NCBI RefSeq assembly: GCF_963921235.1
Contig: NC_086108.1
Coordinates: 91,576,001 to 91,640,000 of the forward strand
DNA from: Mobula hypostoma
Taxonomy: Eukaryota
Length of the DNA stretch: 64,000 bases
Reading direction: 5' to 3'
Shown here piece by piece: positions 63,941 to 64,000 of the stretch (position 1 is its first letter; each line of letters begins with the position of its first letter). A program made the position numbers and the translations under genes. The notes beneath the pieces were generated by a model, which made no database searches, was not told the DNA's origin, and worked only from the letters and a program-made list of their open reading frames with translations.

Positions 63941-64000
63941 AACTCCTTAAAATCTGCCTGCAAGATTCCAACTCCCTTCCTGATATTTTATTAGAATGGA

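Overview
Repeat-dense vertebrate genomic DNA. The mix of CR1, Penelope/GIY-YIG, Rex, L1 and tRNA-SINE families suggests a cartilaginous fish such as a ray or shark (inference). The only host-gene signal is a CpG-island promoter at ~3.77-4.33 kb. It holds a minus-strand first exon ending ATG GAC GG|gtaagc, which matches my recollection of PTBP-family exon 1 (most like PTBP2), plus a possible divergent plus-strand exon. Bases 1-3.7 kb are G/A-rich low-complexity sequence and minisatellite; on the gene's sense strand this is a pyrimidine-rich intron, and its long ORFs are spurious. The remaining ~60 kb is intergenic: decayed LINEs, solo LTRs with target-site duplications (TSDs), hAT and Tigger MITEs, and a ~2.07 kb 44-bp satellite. 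The most interesting system is the Penelope-like elements with minimal hammerhead ribozyme motifs. One inverted arm ends exactly at the predicted self-cleavage site, and short (~165-220 bp) non-coding derivatives, some palindromic, inserted independently with 13-15 bp TSDs. All family assignments are by eye; no database searches were run.
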